64,000 bases of DNA, from the IMG/VR virus record IMGVR_UViG_3300031521_000009; one strand, 5' to 3'. Positions 46,378-60,000 of this stretch are shown here, piece by piece (within the stretch, counting starts at the first letter, position 1; every line of letters begins with the position of its first letter). The notes below the pieces were generated by a model. That model was not told the origin of the DNA, searched no databases, and saw only the letters and a list, made by a program, of their open reading frames with translations. Made by a program: the position numbers and the translations under genes. Source of the stretch: a virus.

Positions 46378-49300
46378 ACTTCTTACTTTCAAGATCGTCA
46401 ACTTTTTTCTGTAATCGCTTTGCTCGTTTATCAGCAACTTCCTGATAGTGTTCTTTCAGTTCCTGAGCATTCATATCGTTTATTTTCTTACGTGCTGTCC
46501 AGTCTTGAAGCATATTGTCATTATCTCCTAACAATTCCATAAACCATATAGCATCATATACCGGTCCAGTATAAGCAAATAAACGTGTCCACTTCTTCTG
46601 TCCTGTCATAAGCCCCATAATATTGTCTATAAGACCTGACATTGGAACGATATTGCTCTTTATGGAGTCATAGTTCGAATAAGCCATAAGCTCGCTGTAA
46701 AGCCATGAAAGCTTATCCTTATCTCTATCACTCATTCCATTTGCTGCAAGCATGTTTATACCTACAAGAATAGAAGTAAAGAAAGTAGCACTAATCATTG
46801 ACCGGGCAAGATTATATTTTGTCATGGGGTCCATCTCTTCCAAATCAGAAAACTTCATATCTTTAGTACGAACAACTTTTACCACATCAGAAAGATAGTT
46901 CCACATAGAAGCAAGTGTTCCCTCTATCATAATCTGTTTTTTGATAGTTTCCCATTCATTGTTTTCATTCAGTTCTGCAGTAACATCAGCACCATACGAT
47001 GTCATTCTTCTACTACCAACTAAATTGAATATCTTTCCTGGCAAGAAAGTACGGAACTGAGTAAAGATACGACCCGAGAATGTATTCCCTAAAAGCATCT
47101 TCTGATATTCATCCATAGCACCAATAATGTACTTATCAGCATACCATTTGAAACGAGTGTTTACTTCTTCAAAATCATAACCCACTTCCATATTGTCAGT
47201 ATCTTTTATAATACCTTGGTCAATCATCTGTTTTGTCTTTCTGTCCCAGATAGCTTGTTCTTTACCACTGATTATCTTACCCTCTTTATCGAAGTAACGA
47301 GTATCTTTCAACTTATCATATTTCAATGTATCAGTTTCCTTATCATAGGTATGAGCTTCATAAGAACCATCATGTATCATAAATCCAACCATGGTAGTTA
47401 GTCGAGCCGCGATATCTGAGTAATAGTTACCAATATGTGCCAGCTGTGATTGAAAAACGTTCTTATCAATGTTTGTTGTAAAGAACGATTCAATAGCTTC
47501 CATCTCACTACCATTCACTAAACCAAACTTCTTACCTAGCGCCATAACTTTTTTATGGTTCATAGCAAGTTCAAGATTTGCTTTAGTCATATCTTCCGGA
47601 GTAGGAAAGTTCAATCGTTTATTTTCATCAGTAAACATATTGGCCGCTTTAGTAGACAATGCTTCTATGATTTGTGACTGAGTATTGAAATAAGCAGAAC
47701 GTACCCATACAAGTGGACGATAACCAAGAGCCATGAAAGAATAGGCATTAGTGATATTCTTTACAAAAGCTGCAGTCTTATCAGTAGGATCATCTTGTGA
47801 TTTTCCTTTGATAATTCTATCAGAATATTCTTTTAAAAATTCATTGGTATATTTTGTTTGGATATTATACTCTTCTTTCAATATTTGATTCCATTGAATA
47901 GCTTTATTCATAGCCGGGATCATCCTATTCTCAATCTCAATAGTACGAATGCTATCATCCACAAACATGCTAAATACATATTCTAAGTTCATAGTCTTTT
48001 TACCATAGAATTTTAAATCACCTTTGTATCTGTTAGGTGTAGTACTATCTGTTGGCATAAGTCCCATTCGTATCATCTGTTGCTGTATAGACTGCTGAGA
48101 TCGAAACCGTGAGTTCATATGTTGATAATCATCTGAAATCAAATCATTGTCAATAGTCACATCTTCTATTCCGGCCATAAACTCAGAAATAGCTATTTGA
48201 TCCCATCCTTTACGAACCATCTCTTTATACTTCTTATCACGGAATAACTCTTGTTTAGTCTTTTCCAAAACAGGAATATGACCAGGAACCATTTTACTCA
48301 ATAACTCATTACGCAACTCTTCTTCTTTCTTTGGTGTTGACCGGCGCGAGTTATCATGCATTGCATTGGCAAGATAGCGTTCTTTTACTGTTTCAAGTAT
48401 AAGGTCGGCCAGAGCAATATCCTCAGTAGTAAGTCCTGCTTTTTTAGCTTCATCGACATTGTAAGACCCATACAATTGATTGTTTAGAATAATAGGAACA
48501 ATATCACCTTTCTTATTCTTATCACTATCCTCAGTAAGCAATAACTCTCCTTTTTTAAATAAGTGACCAAATACTTTCTCGGGTTGATTGCCAAGAATGT
48601 TTAATGACATACCACGTGATTCAAGTGATTTAGTCAGTGCATCATTAAACTTCGCTTTGTAGTCATTCAGCTGATTGACAATAATAGATTTTGTTGCTTC
48701 GGCTTCTACTGAATAGTATTGAAGGATATCAGATTTGATATTGTGGATATTGGTAAACTTCAACCAAGTCTTATTGATATCTTTTACTTGTCCGTTATTG
48801 ATACCTACACCTTGTTTGAACCATACAAGATACTGAGTAATCAATTTGTGTTCTGGATTGTTTATCCAATTCTTATCTTTTATTTCTATTGCCCGGGCGC
48901 GGTCACTGAGTAATTTGAAATGTTCATAACTGTTGAAGTTTTCAGTCATAGCATCACGTTGTACTTCATCCATATTCAATGATTGATAGTAAGCAGCATA
49001 ATACGTTTCTAGCTTATCTCTCCAACTCTGGTATATACTATCTTCATTCCATGCCTTATCATCGCTTAGAAGTTCTTGAAACCATTTATACGATAATGAT
49101 TTTTCATCCATGACAGCTTGTATTGATGGAAGAGTAAACAAATCTCTACCATTGGCCATAGCTTGATGAAGAGTAGAAAGCATTCGCGGTTGAATAGAAG
49201 TACCATTGAAACCAATAACACCATAGCGACGTAAGGTAAGTTTCTTGTTATTCTCCTGAGCAAGTTTATTCATGCCGGCAATAGTTACCCCAAGTAATAC

Positions 49301-51061
49301 TTGTCGTATATCTCCCTGGCTATTGCTCATATTGAACTTACGACCTTTTTCTGATTTTTCATGGCCAAGATTAGCAGCAAGTGATTTCTTATGTGAGTCC
49401 ATAAGATTGTCTTGAAAACCAAGAACGGATCCAGTCAAATCAATAAGTGATACATCAACTTTACTGTCTGACATGGTATGTACTATTACGATAGGATTAA
49501 AACCAACAATAGCATCATTGTATAATGGTGCCAGCGCTTGTACGTTTGTCATATCCCGATAGTTCATAACAGTAGTCATAGGTTCGTTTATACCAAGCAA
49601 TTTGATAGACCGAACAATGTTTTCAACTACAGTATCAGAGAAACCATATTCAGAAAAAGTATCTTGAATAAGTGTTTCAAGAGGAACAGAAGTATCTGAT
49701 ATATGCTTATTAAGTATTTCGACAATATTGTTATTGAATGAGTTCATCATTTGCTGACGACGTACTAGCATTTCATTCTTTATACTAGCCATAACTTCAT
49801 TGTCCGGCATACTATTAGGAAAGCTATACATCTTACCATAGTCAACATAGATACGATCTTTATCTCTTTGCCAAAGATTCGCGAATATGTTTTCTACCAT
49901 TTTTTCTTTTGCTTCCGGATTTTCAAAGTTGAGTTGTCCGTACTCTTCATTATTGATAAGAAATGGTACTACCTCAGCGACATTCTCAATAGGTTTGAAT
50001 CCCATATCAGCTTCATAAAAACCATCACTGTAATAGTTCTTCAATAACTGTTCTACCTCTACCGGACCAAAGTCAATAATCTTTCTACCATTAAGAATAT
50101 CTTCTGTCAATGCATTAAAAATATCATTCAATGTACCTTTTTCAAAGTTTACATTGTCGAGTGCTGAGTTAGCAGTTATCTTACTAGATACTAGATTACC
50201 TATTGAAGAGAAAAGACTGCTAACAATATCATATACTTTTCTGAATATATCTTTTGATCGAGTAGAAGATACATAACGATTGTTACGAGCAAGGAACTTG
50301 TTTACTTCTTTCTGTGAAGTCATACCACTTACTGCAGCAGCATATTCATATAGTTGGTGAACTTCGTCAAGCTTCCAATACTTTTTACGTATCGAATCCA
50401 TGATTTCTTTATTGTCAGCAATTGAATCACGTACTTTACTCATGAACTGATTATACTTAAATCCATCAGTCATTTCAAGAGCATGAATCCATACGTGTGT
50501 AAGCTCATGAATAGGAGTATCAACATTCATTGATTGAGTATTCAAGTGTATTCCGGTAGCATCTACCCACGCGCGATCAGTAGCATGTTCAGTATTACGT
50601 GTTGTTTCAAAACTTTCAACTTGTATTTTAAATCCCGGGACCGCTTTCTCTAATGCATGAATGAATGAATTAGTCTTTTCTGCTGTTGCAATAAACTCTT
50701 TACGCAGCTTATAGTCTTTAATACCTTCCGTTTCTGCCACTTTCTCCCCTATCTGAATAGATTTACCCGACTTAGTTATAATGTTGTCATTTTCGTCAAG
50801 TGAGAGCTTTGTATGTTCGGTTGAAGTAACACCACTTAGAACAGCAAACTTTTCAGTAAACATATTTGCGCGATACTTTACTGCTTTATCTATACCATAG
50901 CGTTCCACTAACTGCTGGTATATTAAAGATGGATTCCCATCAGCCGTTAAGCTGACAGGATTACCATTGTTCTTTGCATAGATAGTATGTGCTTTACCAT
51001 CTCCGACGACTGCTGATAAGGCTTTGTATTCCTTATCATTTTTGTTAGGACATTTACTCAT
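46376..51061 (-). CDS. Large virion/ejection protein with zincin-like HExxH motif
   Basis: 1561 aa. MSKCPNKN..EYK.L start like crAss giant proteins, TPIHELTHVW, downstream of the RNAP gene. Confidence 0.75.
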   Translation of the reverse strand: MSKCPNKNDKEYKALSAVVGDGKAHTIYAKNNGNPVSLTADGNPSLIYQQLVERYGIDKAVKYRANMFTEKFAVLSGVTSTEHTKLSLDENDNIITKSGKSIQIGEKVAETEGIKDYKLRKEFIATAEKTNSFIHALEKAVPGFKIQVESFETTRNTEHATDRAWVDATGIHLNTQSMNVDTPIHELTHVWIHALEMTDGFKYNQFMSKVRDSIADNKEIMDSIRKKYWKLDEVHQLYEYAAAVSGMTSQKEVNKFLARNNRYVSSTRSKDIFRKVYDIVSSLFSSIGNLVSSKITANSALDNVNFEKGTLNDIFNALTEDILNGRKIIDFGPVEVEQLLKNYYSDGFYEADMGFKPIENVAEVVPFLINNEEYGQLNFENPEAKEKMVENIFANLWQRDKDRIYVDYGKMYSFPNSMPDNEVMASIKNEMLVRRQQMMNSFNNNIVEILNKHISDTSVPLETLIQDTFSEYGFSDTVVENIVRSIKLLGINEPMTTVMNYRDMTNVQALAPLYNDAIVGFNPIVIVHTMSDSKVDVSLIDLTGSVLGFQDNLMDSHKKSLAANLGHEKSEKGRKFNMSNSQGDIRQVLLGVTIAGMNKLAQENNKKLTLRRYGVIGFNGTSIQPRMLSTLHQAMANGRDLFTLPSIQAVMDEKSLSYKWFQELLSDDKAWNEDSIYQSWRDKLETYYAAYYQSLNMDEVQRDAMTENFNSYEHFKLLSDRARAIEIKDKNWINNPEHKLITQYLVWFKQGVGINNGQVKDINKTWLKFTNIHNIKSDILQYYSVEAEATKSIIVNQLNDYKAKFNDALTKSLESRGMSLNILGNQPEKVFGHLFKKGELLLTEDSDKNKKGDIVPIILNNQLYGSYNVDEAKKAGLTTEDIALADLILETVKERYLANAMHDNSRRSTPKKEEELRNELLSKMVPGHIPVLEKTKQELFRDKKYKEMVRKGWDQIAISEFMAGIEDVTIDNDLISDDYQHMNSRFRSQQSIQQQMIRMGLMPTDSTTPNRYKGDLKFYGKKTMNLEYVFSMFVDDSIRTIEIENRMIPAMNKAIQWNQILKEEYNIQTKYTNEFLKEYSDRIIKGKSQDDPTDKTAAFVKNITNAYSFMALGYRPLVWVRSAYFNTQSQIIEALSTKAANMFTDENKRLNFPTPEDMTKANLELAMNHKKVMALGKKFGLVNGSEMEAIESFFTTNIDKNVFQSQLAHIGNYYSDIAARLTTMVGFMIHDGSYEAHTYDKETDTLKYDKLKDTRYFDKEGKIISGKEQAIWDRKTKQMIDQGIIKDTDNMEVGYDFEEVNTRFKWYADKYIIGAMDEYQKMLLGNTFSGRIFTQFRTFLPGKIFNLVGSRRMTSYGADVTAELNENNEWETIKKQIMIEGTLASMWNYLSDVVKVVRTKDMKFSDLEEMDPMTKYNLARSMISATFFTSILVGINMLAANGMSDRDKDKLSWLYSELMAYSNYDSIKSNIVPMSGLIDNIMGLMTGQKKWTRLFAYTGPVYDAIWFMELLGDNDNMLQDWTARKKINDMNAQELKEHYQEVADKRAKRLQKKVDDLESKK

Positions 51062-51069
51062 AGAATTGA

Positions 51070-54000
51070 TTATTTACATTTATTTTTTTCATCATTATTA
51101 TCTGACTCATTATCTTGTGCCGAAATACCAATAGCGGGTTCACCATTTGCAACTTCTTTCTTACTATCTTTCTTTGCTATCTCAGTATCGAATAGTTCAA
51201 GTGATCCTTCCAATGTATTCAACATTTCAGAACGTTTACTTTCTGTTCCTTTCATTTCAGAACGTACTGCCGGATTAATCATTTCAACAATAGCACTACG
51301 AGAAACTTTTCCATAAGTAGTAATCCCTACTGACATATCTTCGACTTCTTTATTGAAAGTAGTTTTCTGATTAGCTAAGAAATCAGTTGATGAAATCTTA
51401 TTAGTAAGTTGTTCTACCATGTTCTTTCCCTGACTACTGATATAAGCCAATGCACGTGCTTGTACCAATGCTTTTACTATCAATGATTGTTTGAAATTGA
51501 GTTGTGCCATAGCAATCTTTATTTGCTTAATCTCATTGGCATTCTTCTCAGTTTCCACAACTTGAACATCATCAACTAAATTACGAATGTATTTATTGAT
51601 TTTGTTTCTTCTGTGTTCCTTACTTTGATAGTTCTTTAAGTCCCAAGGAAAGTTCTTTGTCTTTTCTCCGATAGTACTTAATACTTTGTATTTATAAGCA
51701 TCAAGAACTTCATTGATAGAATTGAACTTATTCTTGTTATCAAAGATTGATATACGTGTTTCAACACCATCATTGGTAAGAGTATTTATGTTTAATTGAC
51801 TTAAGAACATATTTCCTTTTACTTTGTATTCCATTGGTTTTGTAACATCATTCTCAGTAAGAGAAATAGCGTTTGGATCAAAGATAGAATGTTGTAAAGT
51901 TCCTTCTTTTAGTTGAATCCTATTGTTTCTTCTTTGAGTATCTATTTCCTTTTGTTCCATACGATAAGTTATATCTGAATCGTTAGCAAGACGATATTCA
52001 AAATTAGTTCCTTTTACTTTAATAACACGTACTAATTTTCCACTTCTTGTATATAGAAATTGTCCTTCCGATACCCATGCACGAGAACCTTGATGCAATA
52101 TCAAATCATTGTTATCCCGATTAGCAAGACTAAGATTGTATTCTTCTTCCGGTGTAGTCTGAAATGAACGTAATTCAGAAGTCATATTCTCGCCGGCCAT
52201 AGTAGACATACCTAAAGAAGTAATGTTTCTAAATACTTCATAAGCATTGTTCTCATTCAGCTTCAAATTTATTCTATGCCCGGTGTTTACTTTCTCACCA
52301 TCTATAGTTTTTGTTTCAAACTGATAAGCATACTTAGGACTATTTTCATTAACTACTGATTTTGGACTTAGATACTGTGCAAACTCAGGTTGTAATCCAA
52401 GATAGTCATAGATACGTTCACGAATGTCTGAATTGAATGTAACGGACTTTCTGTACTTGTTTGGTACAAGACTATCAAGACCTAGAGAAGAGCGCAATTC
52501 AGCGTATGTATCGTTATACACTTTGCTTATTGGTCCTTTGTAGAAATCAACACCTATTACTTGAAGTAAACTACCTTGACGATATGACATTCTATTGGCA
52601 ATAATCTCATAGTTGATAAGCATTTCTTTGTATTCTTTTGGAAGAGAATTAAAGTAGTCTTTCAACTGAGCGACGCGCTGTTCTGTCATTTCTTTAGTAT
52701 TGACATCAAGTAATAACTTCACATCAAACTTACCACCAATAGTAAATAACTTGATAAGAGGATTCGATGCAAATCTTATCCACTCTTCTGCCGGCAACTC
52801 ACTTTGTACTGTCTTATTCAAATAATCAATGTTATCAGAATGCTCAACAATATCCATCATGAATTGTGGGAAGTTCTTTACAAATGATTGTCTATCAAAA
52901 AGACTTGATAAATCTAAGTTTTGTGATGGGTTTTCATAAGTATTACCAACGGCTTGATAGATATACTGACCTTTCATAATAGCACTTTCTCCAATAGTAG
53001 CATAGTACTTGTCAAGCATGATATCGTTTATCGCGGTACTTACTGCAGCGACTTCACCACCGAAGTTCAATGTTGTTCTATTCTGTTTTTTCAAGAATGA
53101 TTTTACAATATCTTTTTCAATAGCATCATTATCGGCCATAAATGACTGCTTAGTGATAAGTTCCTGACGATACAGTTCTTGCAAGATATAATCAATCTGA
53201 GGTAAGTTCTTGATAAGTTTACCCATATTGATTTCATTCGCTACCAATTGCTCTTGAGAGAACATAAAAGCTTTTTTCTTTTCGTCTTGCTCTTTATTGT
53301 AAGCATCATTATTCATAGTATAGTAAGCCATGTGCTTAGCGACATTCATATCACTTGCTGGATTAGAATTGTATTCTTGCAATGACATACCAATTGTTTG
53401 TTGTACGGTATTAATCATTGTTCTGAAATCCTTATCCAATGAAGGAATACCATTACGCATTCCCATGATAGTAGAAAGACGATACAAAGCATCTGCAGTA
53501 ACGCTGAGCTTAGGAACCATTTTCATATATCGTAAACCTTGTATGTCAGTCCGGGCAATGTTTATGTTTGCACGAGAACGTACCATTAGTTTAAGTTCAG
53601 AAGCAGCTTCCGGAGAAAGATTATCCAACTCTTTAATATCAAAAGTTGAAGCATCAGTTTTGTCAAAAACAACTTTATTGTTCTTGTAACTAAATAGATT
53701 TTCATCATCAAACCCATTGTCTTTTTTCCACTGCTCAAGTGATTGTTCTTTTTCCGATCCAGTAAAGTCATAAGGACTGTTTTTAAAGGCTTCTTTGTTG
53801 TTTTTGTAATAAGAACTTAGTTCTTTCATTAGAATATCATCAACTGACTGTTGCAATAACGCGTCGGTTGTTTCCAGTTCCATTGAATACTTTTCAGTAT
53901 CGTGAACATTGCTTTTCCATGATAGACCTTTTGATTCTAACCACTCAGATACATTACTATTATTGAAATGCTCAATACGAGAAGCTATCTTTTCTACTTC

Positions 54001-57000
54001 TGTTGAGGCCATCTTCCAAAGGTTGAAGTCAGCACTCTTAGTCATGATAGAAGTCTTTCCAGAATAAGCATGGAAGAGATTACGTATGTTTTTATTATTG
54101 AAGAAATCATACACTTCACTATTGTTCATACCATTCAATTTTAGCACTGCAAGAATGTTGATACCAACCGGACTAATTGCGTAGTTCGCGAATGTATTGT
54201 TCTTAGCATTATCTAATGCACCTTGACCCCATGTTCCTAACTCAATAACAAATCCATTCAGACCGGTCTTGATTCTACCTTTAGGTGCATTCTCATTGAT
54301 AAAATTTTGTATTCCAGAATGGGTACCAGTTTCTACAAACTTATTTACTGAGCTTGAAATAATGATAGACGATACTGTCAATGAATTGGCAAGAATACCA
54401 ATAGCATCAGCACCGGCTTTATTTCTTGAATATGATTCATAGATAGAACGAATAGAGTTATTCTGTAGGTTGTCTACCAATTTCTCTTTTTGTTTCATCA
54501 CTTCATTAATCTTATCCAATGAAGAGGTAAGGAATAATGACTCTTGATTGCCACTATGAAGCGTAATAGCGTTACGTAATGCATTCATTTTGTTTCTATG
54601 ACCATCTGCACCTTTTTGAACAATGTGTCCTTTAGAATCAAGAGAATTAGAATACATTGTCAATGCATCAATATCATAATCGGAGTCATTACGCAAAGTC
54701 ATACCCGTTGGGATATAAACCACGTTACCACCATTATGGAACATTGCTGTTTTGAATACACCACCCGATCCTAAAAACGTAGCCGGAACACGTGATAAGA
54801 ATGAAGTATTTGATTCTTCAAAATCTTTCAACAACTGTTGTGCTTCGGTAAGAACTTGTTCAAGTATTTCGCCACTACCCATTAGTGCAGCAATTACTTT
54901 GTCCGGATTAGCCAGGTCAGTAGATTGCAGTTCCATTGAATTGATAGCTTCTAAGATTGATTCATTAGTAGCATTTACTTCTGATTGTAATTCATCAGTA
55001 GTCATTTCTCTGTTACTATCAATCAAGTTAGCAATACGTTTACTGATAAAACGCTTTCCATCATTATCAACAGAAGGATTTAGAAGTTCATCAACATACG
55101 TTTCTATCTTCAAGTTTTTGATAGCTTTACGTATCATTGGTGAGTCTACAAATGCACTCCATTGGTTTAATGACATATCAGCATCATCAGATAGACCGGC
55201 CATTAATTTATTATACAAATTAGAACTGTCTAATGCAATTCTTTCAGTACCCAAATTGATATGTTGAATATCAATAAGTGATTCAGAACTTCTATGACCA
55301 TACACCTTAGCATATATGTTTGGCATGGAGATATGACCAACAGTAGTTTTACCATCAACGATATTCATATCTTGTAATCGTTGCATAGTAAATCCTGCAG
55401 CAGCGAGTTCTTGATTCATAGCATCACTATGATATTCATCAAATGAATAGTCACGATAATTGGTACCAGGTCTTAATTCATTGATAGCATCATTACGAGA
55501 ATATATCTTACCATCGCGTACAAATTCCTCTAAGTACTCACCAACAGTCTGTGTAAGACGAATACCTTTTGTTCTTGCCTGAATAGATTGATTGGCCATG
55601 TTACGGTATGACTGCAATACTTTAGAACGCATCATAGGCAACTGCATAGAAACATCCATATCACTGAATAATTCAATGAATGCCATATCTTGTCCGGAAG
55701 TACGTAAGCTGTTTACTACTCGGTCGCGCATAAAGTCCATCAATTGTTTTATCGCTGGATCGATTTCTGATTTTTGTTGTTCGGTAAGTGTAGCAACATC
55801 ATATTTGAACCAATCAATATTTTTGAACTGTTTTGCAGCTTCTACATTACCATACTTAGATATTGATTCTTCAAGTTCTTTACGCAATGCTGTTTGAAGT
55901 CCTTGTTTGTTCTCCATATAAGCACTGTAAAGACTTGATATCTCAGAATTATTACTAACACCTAAACCGGTAGCATCTTGTTGTGATGGCGCCGCCTGTA
56001 GTTTTGCATTGATATCAGTATCTTGTGATGGATTCATGACTATTTTAGTTTTGGTATTATCCACTACATCCATGTTTAATGGTTGACTGTAATCAAAGTC
56101 ATTTAAGGCATCGTAAGTATTCACTGAGGTAATTGAACCTTTCTGTGTAGATATTGGCGCCATGAAAGCCACAATGCTATTGTACATGTGTCCGGCACGT
56201 TCTATACCATCAGGATTGATAGTAATTCTATCTTGATAGTATTGTTGGTTATCTATCCAACCCATCATATCTACAATAATTTCATCAAAGTCTTTTCTAT
56301 TATTGACATCATCATACAATTCTTTGAACTTATCAGTAAAGGATAGTTTGTTCTCAACAAATGATTCTTCTCCAACCCGAGCAACTAACTGACGATCTGT
56401 TTCAGTAAGCATACGCATAAACATGTTCCGATAGTAGGTATGTTGCATATCAAAACCAGTGATAACCTTATCTCCACGCTTAATCTGTGAATAAGTACCA
56501 TCAGCTCTACGGAAATTGGTAAGACCTTTATACATGGAAGCATTACCAATGACAGTCTTAGTACCACCAATAGAGTTTAATGTCTGCAAGTAATGGAATG
56601 GATTAATAGTTATCTGACCATTCTCAGGTTCTATTTCATTTCCATCAGTACTAAAGACTTTTTCACCATTAATCATCTGCCATGTATTACCACCATTGAT
56701 CATATTGTCACGATAGAATACAATAGGACTTTCTGCAGTCAATGTTGGAGTATGTAGTTGGTACTTGACATTATTCTGTATAACTTCTTTCGTTCCTTGG
56801 GTAAGTACGCTTTGTGCCGGTGTATGAATAGGGCCGTTACGTTTTACCTTATCAAGATAGTTCTTGAAAGAGAATGGGTTCAATGAAAAATCATCAATAT
56901 GATTATTGGCAAATAGAGTAGCCATATAGAAACCGAACATAGGCTGATTGAAACGTATCTCTGACTTTTCAAGTTGTTGATAATACGGATTCTTATCAGT

Positions 57001-60000
57001 AGTGTTTGTTGGGTTCTTATCACCAATGGTATTCTTGGTAAGATTATTCATTGATTGAACCGGCTTGAAACCATAGTTAGCAATCATATCAGTAAACTTA
57101 GCAAAGTCGTTCTCGAATAAACGCATGATAGCTCTTTCCAATTTAGGTAAGCTTTCCACTTTCCCGCTTTTGACATCGTTGGTAAGATTTCTGATTTTTT
57201 CAATTGCATTGGTTTTATTAATCATAGCAAAATGATCAATCTTTCCGGTTACTGCATTACCTGGCACAATGACTTCAACACCATCAACTTTTTCATAAGA
57301 AAGTTCATAGTTTCCTTTACCACTTAAATCTTTGGTAAGAGAAGTCGCATCAAACATATTACGCAATTGGTCAAACGTGCCATTTGCTTGTGCTTCTTTG
57401 GAAACATCAATCATCTGTTTACGTAATCCTTTGGTAAAATGAGCTTCATTATTCTCTGCCGGTGCATTCAAGAACTTCGTTTTGGTAGATAATGATTTGT
57501 TTATCTCCATAAGTGCGTTGTTCAAGTTCAAACGCGATGTATTGATACGTTTTTTAATCTTATCATATTCACGTAATACTTCTGTTCCGGCAACAGAATA
57601 ATCAATATTGAAACCATTATCAGTACTGATAAGTGTTGACTCTACTTTAGCAAAGATTATCTTACCGGTATCTGATACTGTTGTAGTAGGAACATAGATA
57701 ACCGGCCTAGCTTTTGATTTTACCATTTCTTGCATAAACATGTTGATACTTGTGTCAATGAAGTCAGATGTATCAATTTTTGTTTTTCCAATAGAAGTAA
57801 ATCCAAGTGAACGGTTCTCTCCGATACTTTCAATGAAGCCAGTAACCTTAGTTGTATCTGTAGGGTCTTGTTTAAAGGCATCAAACTCTTCATTGAGTGT
57901 AGTCTTTAAAGCAACTGAATAAGTGGCTGTACCCTTAGCTGTGTAACGATGGGTGTCATTTGTTTGACCACCGAGCTTCTGCTGCATAGATGCAATCATA
58001 TTTGACGATACGAACATATCTTCCGGAGTAACATATCTTATAGAAGATACATCATTTGCTATTTCTTCATTCTCTACAATGTCAGGTTGTACTTCAAAAG
58101 TAATAAGGTTCTTTGGTGTAGTTCTATTTAGGAACCCAAGAACTATATCACTTCCGACAATACTTTGAATGCGTGTCAATGGTGACAAGCTTTCTTTTGT
58201 ATTGTAACGAATATGATTTAATAGGTTACGTTGGATGATAACTTTCTTAGCCGGTTGATTAATATCTTCATTGGCTTTGAATGTTTCTTCTACATAATTC
58301 TTAGAATACTGATTGTACAAAGTAATCACAGCACCCATGTAATCAGCCATAAAATCAGATGGTGTAGCATAGTTAGCTTGTATTTCGGAATTGAAATTGC
58401 TTACATAGCCAATCTTATTAATGGTTTTCATATTATCGGTTACTTCTGACCAACTATTAGCTACCATCATGCTTTTAAACATAGCCGGGCTAATGCCTTT
58501 TAATGCAAACTGTCCTTTTATACGATTGAAGATATCTACAATATGCGCGTATTCTCCTTTGGTATTAAGCATATCAGTAGAGAAAGGTGACATAGTAGTA
58601 TTACCAAACTTTTTAGATGTAGCAATAACACCCTCTTTATTGGCAAATTTGAATCTACCATTTTCGTATTTCAAGAAATTAGTTTTATTGGTAGCATTGT
58701 TGTAACGACTAACCTTGATATCAGTATAATCAATAGACATATTTTCTTTGAAGAATGATATTGAATTTGTATTCAACTCACCATTCAAAATCTTATATCC
58801 TTGAATACGTTTAATCTCTTCGGCAGTACCTCTCCAAAAGTCTTTATAGTAATGAGTAGACTTCATTGTATCGTCATAATAAGTAAACTTAACCTGGTCC
58901 TTTACATTGAAAGAAGTATATACGCTTACCAATGAATTTAAAAGGTCTTTAGCTTGTTCTATCTTACGTTTCTGATCTTCTTGTCGAATATCCCATGACC
59001 ATGTAGCACCAGAGTTCTGTGCACCTACTTCTTGTTTCCATTCTTGTTCATTTTGATAAGCACGTTCAAGAAGTCCTTTATAACGACCATCATAGTTTTC
59101 TTCTGAAATATAGTGATTAGAATAGTCAAGTGAGAAATCGGAACCTTTACCTTTAGCTTCAAACATGTAGTTGTACATGCTATGAATTGCTTCTGCTGCC
59201 GGATTTAAATATCTGTTTGATTCATCAATCTCAGAATTTTCAATAAATCCTTCCATGATAGATTTTAAAGCTGCTACCTTGTCAGTAACACCTTCCATTT
59301 GACTTACTCGCATACCGAGGTCTATCATCAATGAATGAACTTGTTTTTGATCCAGGAACTTTACTTTTACCCGAGCATCTAAAACAGCACTACCATTTGT
59401 ATTAATAAGTGGTATAGAACTAAGATATAGTTTTTGAATATCGGAAACATTCTGTTCAGAAGAATAACCATCCCAATCAAAGCGTTCACCAGCGCCTACT
59501 TCTTTTTCAAATGAGTCATTCATCATATCGTACGATGGGAGCATAGTCTGCACAATCATTCGAACATTTTTGTCAGAATAGATTTTGTATGCATCAATAC
59601 TGTTCCGGCCATTGATATCAGAAAGTTTAATATTCAATGGTTGTCCGCTTTCAACAATATCTTTTACTGACATTTGGTTTTCTTCAAGTTCTCCTTGTTC
59701 GTTCTGAGTTATGACAGTAGCCATCGTTTCACCGTATAGTTCTTGATACTCTTTTGCTTCTTCAACAATAGAGTTTATACTTTCAGACAATGAATTAATA
59801 TTGCTGTTTTTTGTATTTGAGAAAACAGAATTTTGAATGATAGACATTTTTAGTCCGGACTTAGCAAGTACTAATGATTCAGTATTGTAAAGTTCTTTCT
59901 TTAATGCTTCTTCCATCTGACTGGCAATAAGTAATCGCTTATTTGAACTTTCATTTGTAGACATTACTGTTTCCTCAGAAGTAGTACTATCTTCATACGA

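Noticed and set aside
46312-46542. 76-aa plus-strand ORF
   Set aside because: Runs through the terminator hairpin and antisense into the 1561-aa gene.
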